From: Myxococcota bacterium
Lineage (GTDB): Bacteria; Myxococcota_A; UBA9160; PR03
Assembly (NCBI GenBank): GCA_041577015.1
Contig: JBFGJV010000002.1
Location: 1 to 42,448, forward strand
Direction of reading: 5' to 3'
Length of the DNA stretch: 42,448 bases
Positions 28,448 through 36,094 of this stretch are shown here, one piece after another (position 1 is the first letter of the stretch; every line of letters starts with the position of its first letter). The notes under the pieces are model-generated. The model did not search any database and had not been told where the DNA came from. It worked only from the letters and a program-made list of their open reading frames with translations. Made by a program: the position numbers and the translations under genes.

Positions 28448-30340
28448 ATGCACGGTCCGGAAGGTCAGCTGATCTTCGCCCTGGCGCTCGGTGCCGGCGT
28501 GACGGCGCAGGTCGTGGCGCGTCACCTGCGACTGCCCAGCATAGTCCTGCTGCTGGGCGTGGGCGTCGTGCTCGGCCCGGACGGCGCCGGGCTGATCCGG
28601 CCGGATCGGCTGGGCGAGGGCCTGTTCGGCCTGGTGCAGATCGCGGTCGCCGTGATCCTCTTCGAAGGCGGGCTCAGCCTGGATCTGAGACGCCTGCGTC
28701 ATCAGAGCTCCGCGATCCGCATGCTGGTGACGGCCGGCGCGATCGTCACGGCGGTGGGAGGCAGCCTCGCGGCCCGTTGGGTCATGGAGTGGCCGTGGAC
28801 GCTGTCGGTGATCTTCGGAACGCTCGTCATCGTCACGGGTCCCACGGTGATCCGGCCCATCCTGCGCAACGTCCCGCTGCGCCGCCGGCTGGCCACCGTG
28901 CTGGAGGCCGAAGGCGTGCTGATCGACCCGATCGGGGCGATCGTGGCCGCCATCACGCTCCAGATCGTGCTGGCGCCCACCACCGAGGTGGCCAGCGGCC
29001 TCTGGGCGCTCGGGGTCCGCCTCGGCTTCGGGGCCTTCGCAGGCGCCGGGTTCGGCTTCCTCCTGGGCCGCTTGCTGTCCCTGGACCGGGTGGTGCCCGA
29101 GGGGCTCGAAAACCTGGTGACGCTGGGCGCGGTGCTGGTGCTCTCGGAGGTCTGCAACGCAGTGCTCTCCGAGAGCGGCATCCTCGCCGTGACGGTGGCC
29201 GGCGTGGTGGTGGGCAACCTCGACACGCGCGTGAGCCGCGAGCTGCGCGAGTTCCAGGACCTGCTCACCGTGGGGCTCTTGGGCATCCTGTTCGTCCTGC
29301 TCGCTGCGGACGTGCGGGTGAGCGAGGTGCTGGGGCTCGGCTGGCGCGGCGTGCTCACGGTGGCCGCACTGGCGTTCCTGGTGCGTCCGGCGAACGTCGT
29401 GGTGAGCACCGTGCGCTCCGATCTCGACCTGCGCGACAAGGCGTTCCTGTCGTGGATTGCGCCGCGCGGCATCGTCGCCGCCGCCGTGGCCTCGCTCTTC
29501 GCGGCGGTGCTCGACGCGGAGGGCATGGCCGGAGGCAGCGAGCTGCGTGCCCTGGTCTTCCTCACCATCGCGCTCACCGTGGTGGTGCAGGCCGGGTCGG
29601 CACCGCTGGCGGCCTGGCTGCTGGGGGTGCGCGCGCCGGGTCGCGACATGGTGGCGATCCTGGGCGCCGAGGAGTTCGGCCTGACCCTGGGCGAGATCCT
29701 GCGCCAGGGGAACACGCGCGTGCTCTTCCTGGACGCCAATCCCGGCCACTGCCGCGCGGCCGAGGAGCGCGACTTCCCCGTGGTGTACGGCAACGCGCTG
29801 GAGGAGCGCACCCTGGCCCGGGCGCGGCTGGAGCAGGCCCGCGTCGCGATCGGGCTCACCGCCAACGACGAGGTCAACGGCCTCTTCGCCCAGGAGGCGC
29901 GCGAGGAGTTCGGGGTGCGCGCCTGCTATGCCGCCTTGAACCGCGCGGACGCAGGCATCACGCCGGCGATGCTGGCCAAACGTGGCGTGCGCGTGCTCTT
30001 CGATGGGCCCAAGGAGGTGGAGCGCTGGAACGTGCGGGTCCGTCGCGGGCAGGCGCGGGTGGATCACTATCGCTTCGCGGGTAGGGGGGAACCCACGGGG
30101 GAGGGGGCGGGCCAGGTCGAGGCGCGCGGCATCGGCGGAGAGGGCCCGGACGCCTACGCCGTGCTGGCGGTGCAGCGAGGCTCCGAGTGGCTCCCCATGC
30201 ACACGGACTTCGAGCCCCGGGCCGACGACGTGGCCGCGATCGCGGTCTACGTGTCCGAGGAGGAGGCCGCGCGCCAGGAGCTCGAGCGCCTGGGCTGGGT
30301 GCCGCTCGAGGCCGAGACGGAGCAGGCCTCGGAGGCCTGA
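28448..30340 (+). CDS. cation:proton antiporter (CPA1, Na+/H+ exchanger family) with C-terminal RCK/TrkA-like domains
   Basis: 630-aa ORF. About 400 aa of polytopic exchanger core (ILFEGGLSLD, EGVLIDPIGAI, SWIAPRGIVAAAV). It is followed by an RCK-N-like fold (VAILGAEEFG, degenerate GxGxxG) and a TrkA-C-like tail. Confidence 0.85.
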   Translation: MHGPEGQLIFALALGAGVTAQVVARHLRLPSIVLLLGVGVVLGPDGAGLIRPDRLGEGLFGLVQIAVAVILFEGGLSLDLRRLRHQSSAIRMLVTAGAIVTAVGGSLAARWVMEWPWTLSVIFGTLVIVTGPTVIRPILRNVPLRRRLATVLEAEGVLIDPIGAIVAAITLQIVLAPTTEVASGLWALGVRLGFGAFAGAGFGFLLGRLLSLDRVVPEGLENLVTLGAVLVLSEVCNAVLSESGILAVTVAGVVVGNLDTRVSRELREFQDLLTVGLLGILFVLLAADVRVSEVLGLGWRGVLTVAALAFLVRPANVVVSTVRSDLDLRDKAFLSWIAPRGIVAAAVASLFAAVLDAEGMAGGSELRALVFLTIALTVVVQAGSAPLAAWLLGVRAPGRDMVAILGAEEFGLTLGEILRQGNTRVLFLDANPGHCRAAEERDFPVVYGNALEERTLARARLEQARVAIGLTANDEVNGLFAQEAREEFGVRACYAALNRADAGITPAMLAKRGVRVLFDGPKEVERWNVRVRRGQARVDHYRFAGRGEPTGEGAGQVEARGIGGEGPDAYAVLAVQRGSEWLPMHTDFEPRADDVAAIAVYVSEEEAARQELERLGWVPLEAETEQASEA

Positions 30341-31422
30341 GCGGGCGCCCGCGACGGCCGACGCATGCGCCAGTTCGGGGCCCGCGTCTCGGCCTCGCGG
30401 CGCGCTGCCAAAACCCGCTCGTGGAGCGGCGCCAGACGGCACGCCGGATCCGTGGCGGCCGCGTCGCCGGTCAGGCGGAAGGCCTGACAGCGGCAGCCGC
30501 CGAAGTCGCGACTCCGCTCGGGACACGAGCGACACGGCTCCCGCATCCAGGCCTCGCCCCGGAACGCGTTCATGCCGGGAGCCTCCGCCCAGCAGGCGCG
30601 CACCGAGCGTGACCGCACGCTCCAGAACTCGAGGCCCGGCAGATCGCCGGCGCCCTGGCAGGGCAGGACGAGGCCGTCGGGACGCACCACCAGGGTCCGC
30701 CGTCCCCAGCCCCCCATGCAGGGCTTGGGACGGTCGGCGAAGTAGTCGGGAAGGACGAAGACGATCTCCGGCCGCGGGCCGTTGCGCCGCGCCTCGCGCA
30801 CGGTCCGTGCGGCCGACTCGAGCTGCTCCCGGGTGGGAAGCAGGGCCGCGCGGTTGAGCAGCGCCCAGCCTTCGAGCTGGACGTTCGCCAGCTCCAGGCG
30901 GTCCGCGTCCAGGGCGCGCGCCAGGGCCACGTGCTCCGCGATGCGTCCCAGATTCCGGCGATGCAGCACCACGTTGAGCGTGAGCGGGAGGCCGAGGCGC
31001 CGGACGGCGCGGGCGACGCCCAGCTTGCGCTCGAAGCAGGCGACCCCCGCCACGGCGTCCGAGTCGATCGCCGTGGCGTCCTGGATCGAGAGCTGCACGC
31101 TCCGCAGTCCCCTCCGGGCCAGGCCCTCGAGACGCTCCGGGTCCAGGGGGACGCCGCCGGTCACGAGATGGGGGTGCAGCTCCGCCCGGGCGGCGCCTCC
31201 CACGATCTCCTCCAGGTCGCGTCGCACGCAGGGCTCCCCTCCGGAGAGGCCCACATGCACGACGCCCAGGGCCGCGGCCTGCTCGAAGACGCGGCTCCAC
31301 CCGGCCGCGTCCAGGGCATCGGGCACGCCTGCAAAGTCCACGGGGTTCGAGCAGTAGGGGCAGCGCAGGGGGCAGCGGTAGGTGAGCTCCGCGACCAGGT
31401 TCCAGGGTCGCGGGGAGCTCAC
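30247..31422 (-). CDS. pqqE: PQQ biosynthesis radical SAM/SPASM protein PqqE
   Basis: Real part of ORF 30247..31617. GTG at 31422 overlaps the pqqCD stop (GTGA). LTYRCPLRCPYCSNP (CxxxCxxC). SPASM cysteines. FGGCRCQAFRLTGDAAATDPAC. Confidence 0.92.
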   Translation of the reverse strand: MSSPRPWNLVAELTYRCPLRCPYCSNPVDFAGVPDALDAAGWSRVFEQAAALGVVHVGLSGGEPCVRRDLEEIVGGAARAELHPHLVTGGVPLDPERLEGLARRGLRSVQLSIQDATAIDSDAVAGVACFERKLGVARAVRRLGLPLTLNVVLHRRNLGRIAEHVALARALDADRLELANVQLEGWALLNRAALLPTREQLESAARTVREARRNGPRPEIVFVLPDYFADRPKPCMGGWGRRTLVVRPDGLVLPCQGAGDLPGLEFWSVRSRSVRACWAEAPGMNAFRGEAWMREPCRSCPERSRDFGGCRCQAFRLTGDAAATDPACRLAPLHERVLAARREAETRAPNWRMRRPSRAPAQASEACSVSASSGTQPRRSSSWRAASSSDT

Positions 31423-32357
31423 GCCGCGCGCACCAGGACGCCGAGACGTTCCAGGCGAGAAAGGAAGCCGCGCACGTCGTCCAGGACCGCGCCCGCCTCC
31501 GGATGCGCGCGTCGCAGCTCCGCCACGATCTCGTCCACGCTGTGCCGTCCGTCGCAGAGCGCCAGGACCTCGAGGCCGCTGTCGTTGAGGCGGATGGCCC
31601 GCTCCGGCAGCACGCACAGCGGGCCGTCGTCACGAGGGTCCTGTCGCAGCGTCGCGGCGCGGGAGAGGCGCGGACGGGCGCAGGCCTCCTCCACCTCGTC
31701 CAGCAGTCGCCACAAGATCTTGCACTTCGTCTCCAGGGCGACCAGGCAGCGCTCCTGGTCCTCCGGCGTGGACGCCTGCTCGCAGACCCAGCGCAGCGCG
31801 AACTCGGCGTCGCGCGGCGCCTGCGCGGTGCGATTCCGGAAGTAGCGCAGCCCCTCCGGCTTCACCCAGGAGTAGTGGCGCTCGAAGGCCGCGATGCGCC
31901 CCTGCATCAGCTCTCCCGCGAAGAGCTCGGTCAACGAGGCGGCGACGCCCTCGAGCCGGGAGTGGCCTTCCACGAAGGCCACGTAGTCGTCGCAGGCGCG
32001 GCGCACGCCCGGCAGCACGTCCCGAAGCGCCGCCACCTCGTCACGGTCCAGCCCCACCGCCTGGGCGAGGCGCAGCCACAGCTCGAGTCCGCCCACCTCG
32101 TCCTCGCGCCCCTGGTGGTCGTCGAGACGACGTGCCCATTCGCTTCGAAAGTCGGGCTCGTCGGAGCGCTCCAGGATCAGCGTGTCCTTCACGGGGATGC
32201 GGGTCTGGTAGTAGTAGCGATTGCGCACCCAGGTGCGGATCTCGTCGGGACGAAGCCTGCCTTCGTGCATGCGCACGTTGAAGGGATGTCGGTGGTGGTA
32301 GTGCGTGCGCCCGATCGCGCGCAGGCGAGCTTCGAAGGTCGTCGCGCCCCGGCTCAC
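31419..32357 (-). CDS. pqqC: PqqC-PqqD fusion (pyrroloquinoline-quinone synthase fused to the PqqA-binding chaperone)
   Basis: Real part of ORF 31419..33275. GTG at 32357 overlaps the pqqB stop (GTGA). PqqC: YHHRHPF, NRYYYQTRIPVKD, LTELFA, KCKILW. It then continues in the same frame with no stop into PqqD: LRQDPRDDGPLCVLPERAIRLNDSGLEVLALCDGRHSVDEIV...DDVRGFL. Confidence 0.88.
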   Translation of the reverse strand: MSRGATTFEARLRAIGRTHYHHRHPFNVRMHEGRLRPDEIRTWVRNRYYYQTRIPVKDTLILERSDEPDFRSEWARRLDDHQGREDEVGGLELWLRLAQAVGLDRDEVAALRDVLPGVRRACDDYVAFVEGHSRLEGVAASLTELFAGELMQGRIAAFERHYSWVKPEGLRYFRNRTAQAPRDAEFALRWVCEQASTPEDQERCLVALETKCKILWRLLDEVEEACARPRLSRAATLRQDPRDDGPLCVLPERAIRLNDSGLEVLALCDGRHSVDEIVAELRRAHPEAGAVLDDVRGFLSRLERLGVLVRAA

Positions 32358-33268
32358 ACCTCGATCTCCCGCCCGTCCCGGGCGATCTCGATGCCGGCGC
32401 GTCGCACCGCCCCCGCCTCGGGCGACGCCGGGTCGTGGATCGGATTGGTGTTGTTCACGTGCACGTACAGGCGCCGCGCGGGCAGTCCGGCCAGGGCTTC
32501 GAGGCTTCCGCCTGGACCGTCGATCGGTACGTGGCCCATGCGGTGCGCGTCCGGCGCGCCGGGACGCACGCGCGAGAGCTCGTCGGCCCGGAAGAAGGTG
32601 CCGTCCACGAACACGCAGTCGGCGCCCTGGAGCTCGGCCAGCAGACCGGGATCCAGGGCCTGCACGCCGGGCGCGTATACCACCCGGCGCCCGGTCTCGC
32701 GGTCCGTGAGCCGAAGCGCCGCGGTGGCCTCCGGGTGGTTGGATGTGAGGCCGCTCAGCCAGTGGGGAACCTTGCCCGGCACCGGGAAGAGCCGCGCCTC
32801 CAGGCGACGCTGCCGGTCGAGCGGGACGGGCTGGTCCAGCTTCGCGATGCCCCACGCGGGCTCGAGCAGGCGCCAGGCCGCGTTGTGCTCCAGCAGGGCG
32901 TCCCGCACCCACGGCGTGGAGACGATCCGATGCGGCAGCGCCTCGCGCAGGACCAGCAGCCCCAGCACGTGATCCAGGTCGGCGTTGGTGAGGACGATCG
33001 TGTCCAGAGGCAGGTCGCGACTGCCGGGGCGGGGGTGCAGGCCTGGAAAGCGCGTCAGCTGATCCCGCACGTCCGGACTCGCGTTGACCAGGGACCAGCG
33101 CTGCCCGTCCGCCGACACGGCGATCGAGGGCTGCGTCTGGGGCGTGAGGGCGGGCTCTCGTCCCCGGGCCCGGACGCAGTTCGGACATCCGCAGTTCCAC
33201 TGAGGCAGTCCGCCTCCCGCACTGGATCCCAGGACTCGGATGCGCACGCTGGCTCCGGACCGCAGCAT
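32354..33268 (-). CDS. pqqB: PQQ biosynthesis protein PqqB (MBL fold)
   Basis: ORF 32354..33361, with ATG at 33268 (MLRSGASVRIRVLGSSAGGGLPQWNCGCPNC). GTG at 33247 is an alternative start. LTNADLDH, HVNNTNP. Confidence 0.9.
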   Translation of the reverse strand: MLRSGASVRIRVLGSSAGGGLPQWNCGCPNCVRARGREPALTPQTQPSIAVSADGQRWSLVNASPDVRDQLTRFPGLHPRPGSRDLPLDTIVLTNADLDHVLGLLVLREALPHRIVSTPWVRDALLEHNAAWRLLEPAWGIAKLDQPVPLDRQRRLEARLFPVPGKVPHWLSGLTSNHPEATAALRLTDRETGRRVVYAPGVQALDPGLLAELQGADCVFVDGTFFRADELSRVRPGAPDAHRMGHVPIDGPGGSLEALAGLPARRLYVHVNNTNPIHDPASPEAGAVRRAGIEIARDGREIEV

Positions 33269-33421
33269 ACCCCATCGAGGCGCTGCACCGTTTACCGGAC
33301 CCGCTCTGCGAGCTTCACCCCAGCGACAGGAAAGTCGCCGGAAATCCGACGGAATCCCCACCCGCGGGACGTGCGCCCTGGTTAAACTTTTCCAGGATCA
33401 CGGCCGATCTCTTGCGCGGGG

Positions 33422-33461
33422 CACGCGTCCCGCCGGCTACCCCCCGACGGGGGGACGCGTG
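33422..33461. promoter_or_regulatory. dyad symmetry CACGCGTCCC-N20-GGGACGCGTG in the pqqB/mshI divergent region
   Basis: 10-bp perfect arms at 33422-33431 and 33452-33461. An inner C6-GAC-G6 element (33440-33454) competes with them. Confidence 0.3.
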
Positions 33462-33485
33462 GAGGAAAACGCGCAGGCGCCGTCG

Positions 33486-33507
33486 CGGTCGTCGCATGCG
33501 ACGACCG
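33486..33507. promoter_or_regulatory. 22-bp perfect palindrome CGGTCGTCGCATGCGACGACCG upstream of mshI
   Basis: Read directly from the sequence. It is centred 48 nt upstream of the mshI ATG (33544). Candidate dimeric-regulator operator or 5'-UTR hairpin. Confidence 0.4.
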
Positions 33508-33543
33508 GTATCGCCCCATCTCCGTTCAGGGCGCCGCGCGAGG

Positions 33544-35106
33544 ATGGGAAAGGCCGGCGTGTTCTCCTGGGGCAGGAAAGCTTCGCAACCCGAGACCACC
33601 GTGGGTGTCGCCTGGTCCGTGGACGGCTTCGCCCTGGCCAGTGTCGTGCACGGGTCGGACGGGCCGCGACTCGAGGTCTGCGACGAGCGCGCCAGCGGCG
33701 GGGACGGGCGGCGGGCGCTGCAGACCGCGGTCCGCGAGCACGGGCTCGTCGGCTCACGCTGCGTCTGGATCCTCCCCGAGGGCGCCTACAGCCTGCGCCT
33801 CATCGATGCGCCCGAGGTGCCGTCCGACGAGCTGCGGGAGGCGGCACGCTGGATCGTCAAGGACCTGATCGACTTCGAGGCCGACTCCGCGGCGATGGAC
33901 GTGCTGGAGATGCCGCAGACGCCGTCGCCGGCGAGGCCCCGCAAGGTCTACGTGGCCGCAGCCCGGCCGGATGCCGTGCGTCGGGCGGTCGACTGGGCTC
34001 GCGAAGCGGGGCTCGAGCCGGCCGCGGTCTCGGTGCCGGAGAGCGTGCTGCTCAACCTGGAGCCGAGCTCGGAGACGCCGCGCAGCGTCGCACTGCTGCA
34101 GCTTCGCGCCAAGGACGGACTGCTCGTGATGGGAGAGGGAGGCTGCCTCTACGCGGCCCGTCATCTCTCGGTGAGTCTCGACGAGCTCGCGGCCCAGGCT
34201 GGCGGTGATCTGGAGGGCGCTGCTGCGGACGAGGCTCCCGCTTTGGAAAATCTGCTGCTCGAGATCCAGCGCTCCCTCGACTACTACGAGAGCGCGTTCG
34301 GGCGCAGCTCGGCCTCGCGGTTGCTGCTCGCACCCTCGGACGTCGAGGTGCCGGCGCTGCTCCCCTATCTCTCGCAAAACCTCTCGGTGAGCGTGCACGG
34401 CCTCGAAGTGGCCCAGCGGCTCTCGGTCCAGGGAACGCTTCCCTACGCGCTTCAGGCCCGGGCGCTCACCGCGGTCGCGGCCGCGCTCGAGTCGTCCGGG
34501 TCCCCTTCGATCGACCTGGGGCGTGGGGCGCTCCATCCCGTCGAGGCACCCCTCTCCGCCCGGCGCCTGGCCCAGGCTGCGGGGCTCGCGACGCTGCTGC
34601 TCGGCGCGGCGGGCGCCTGGGCGGCGTGGCAGAACGCACAGGCCAGCCGCGACCTCGCCGCGCTCGAGGCCCGGCGCGATGCGCTGGAGGCCCGGGTCTC
34701 GGAGCTCGCCAGCCAGCACGCCGCGCGGCCCGTGGACGCGGCGCTCCAGGAGCGGGTGCGGTCCCTGTCGCAAGAGCGCGACGCCAAGGTCCGTCTGCTG
34801 GAGAACCTGAGTCACCACGCACGCGCCGACGCGCGGCGCTTCCCGGACGTGCTCGAGGGCCTGGCCCGTCGCCCGGTCTCCGGACTCTGGCTCCGGGAGG
34901 TGCACGTGACGGAGGCCGGCGCCTCGGTGGCGCTGGTGGGCTCGAGCCTTCACGCCGATCTCGTGCCGCGCTTCCTGCAGGAGCTGGAGGGCGAGTGGGC
35001 CTTCGAGGGCACGGGCTTCCAGAAGCTCGAGCTCTCCCGACAAGCGGAAGACGCCACCCGTCTCGACTTCACGTTGAGCACCCGGGCGGAGGAGACGGCG
35101 CCGTGA
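33544..35106 (+). CDS. mshI: MSHA-type pilus biogenesis protein MshI-like (PilM-like N-terminal half fused to a PilN-like TM/coiled-coil half)
   Basis: Real part of ORF 33412..35106, ATG at 33544 (GTG at 33559 is an alternative start). Cytoplasmic PilM-like region. TM segment LAQAAGLATLLLGAAGAWAAW, then coiled coil. It is the first gene of a block in msh order. Confidence 0.7.
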   Translation: MGKAGVFSWGRKASQPETTVGVAWSVDGFALASVVHGSDGPRLEVCDERASGGDGRRALQTAVREHGLVGSRCVWILPEGAYSLRLIDAPEVPSDELREAARWIVKDLIDFEADSAAMDVLEMPQTPSPARPRKVYVAAARPDAVRRAVDWAREAGLEPAAVSVPESVLLNLEPSSETPRSVALLQLRAKDGLLVMGEGGCLYAARHLSVSLDELAAQAGGDLEGAAADEAPALENLLLEIQRSLDYYESAFGRSSASRLLLAPSDVEVPALLPYLSQNLSVSVHGLEVAQRLSVQGTLPYALQARALTAVAAALESSGSPSIDLGRGALHPVEAPLSARRLAQAAGLATLLLGAAGAWAAWQNAQASRDLAALEARRDALEARVSELASQHAARPVDAALQERVRSLSQERDAKVRLLENLSHHARADARRFPDVLEGLARRPVSGLWLREVHVTEAGASVALVGSSLHADLVPRFLQELEGEWAFEGTGFQKLELSRQAEDATRLDFTLSTRAEETAP

Positions 35107-35762
35107 CGGCGTGGGTCCGGAGCATGACCACGTGGATCGACGCACGGACGCCCCGCGAGCGGTTCCTGGTGCTGCTGACGGGCGGCGCGCTGGTGTGGGC
35201 GCTCTGGAGCGGGCTCCTGATGGATCCGCTGCTGGCCAAACGGGACGCGCTGGCGGCGGGCCTGACCGAGACCGTGGAAGCGGTGCAGGAGCTCGAGAGC
35301 CGCTCCCGGGAGCTGACGCGCCGGCTGGCGGAGAGCCCGGATGCCGACAATCGACGCGCGGAGGCGCGGCTGCGCGCGGAGGTCGAGGACCTGGAGGCGC
35401 GCCTCGGCAACTTCGAGCTCGGCGTGGTCGCGGCGTCCGAGGCCGTGCGTGTGCTCGAGGAGCTGCTGGATCGGGAGCAGGATCTTGCCCTCGTGCGCTT
35501 GACCACCCGTCCCGCGGCTCCCGCCTTCCCAGACACGGGCGAGGTCGAGCGCGACTCCCCCACGGCCCTCTGGCGCCACGACCTCGAGCTGGAGCTGGAA
35601 GGAACCTACCTGGGCTCGCTCCGCTACCTGCGTGCCATCCAGGCCCAGCCCTGGCGCATCTACTGGGACGAGCTGCACCTGGAGGTGACGGAGCATCCCA
35701 CCGCCCGCGTGACGCTCCGCCTCCACACGCTCAGTCACGGGGAGGCCTGGATCGGTGTCTGA
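35103..35762 (+). CDS. mshJ: MSHA-type pilus biogenesis protein MshJ-like (PilO-like)
   Basis: Real part of ORF 34626..35762. GTG at 35103 overlaps the mshI stop (GTGA). Single TM (FLVLLTGGALVWALWSGLL), coiled coil, then a C-terminal alpha/beta part. Called from position and architecture. Confidence 0.65.
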   Translation: MTAWVRSMTTWIDARTPRERFLVLLTGGALVWALWSGLLMDPLLAKRDALAAGLTETVEAVQELESRSRELTRRLAESPDADNRRAEARLRAEVEDLEARLGNFELGVVAASEAVRVLEELLDREQDLALVRLTTRPAAPAFPDTGEVERDSPTALWRHDLELELEGTYLGSLRYLRAIQAQPWRIYWDELHLEVTEHPTARVTLRLHTLSHGEAWIGV

Positions 35763-36087
35763 ACGCGCATGCCTCGTCCTGATGCTCGTGCTCCTCGTGG
35801 CGCCAGTGGCGACGGCGGAGCTGGTGGATCCCACCCGGCCGCCGGCGGTGCCCGGTGGGGCACCGGATCCGGCCGAGCCGCGCCGTGGGCTCACCTCGAT
35901 CCTGGTGTCCCCGGAGCGCCGTCTGGCCACGATCGATGGCGAGACGGTGCGGGTCGGCGACCGCGTGCAGGGCGGGCGCGTGCTCGCGATCTCCCCCACC
36001 ACCGTCCGCCTCGCCGGCCCGGACGGGCCGCTGGATCTGACGCTGGTTCCGCCGGTTCTCCGCAAGTGGAACCTTCCCGAGGAGTGA
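35755..36087 (+). CDS. mshK: MSHA-type pilus biogenesis protein MshK-like (small exported PilP-like protein)
   Basis: GGAGG lies 9 nt upstream of GTG 35755. Signal peptide (LVLMLVLLVAPVATA). ATIDGETVRVGDRVQGGRVLAISPTTVRL is typical of MshK/PilP-type proteins. Confidence 0.65.
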   Translation: MSERACLVLMLVLLVAPVATAELVDPTRPPAVPGGAPDPAEPRRGLTSILVSPERRLATIDGETVRVGDRVQGGRVLAISPTTVRLAGPDGPLDLTLVPPVLRKWNLPEE

Positions 36088-36094
36088 CGACAGC

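Noticed and set aside
33269-33543. Candidate pqqA ORFs on the minus strand upstream of pqqB, including an E-M-G-R-Y match and the 94-aa ORF 33315..33599.
   Set aside because: The E-x3-Y match lies one codon after an in-frame TGA, so it has no leader. The other frames contain no Glu-x3-Tyr at all. The 94-aa ORF is Arg-rich low-complexity.
33412-33543. Longer mshI starts at 33412 or 33496.
   Set aside because: The added residues are an Arg-rich tract that would place both intergenic palindromes inside the coding sequence. Homology-like sequence begins after 33544.
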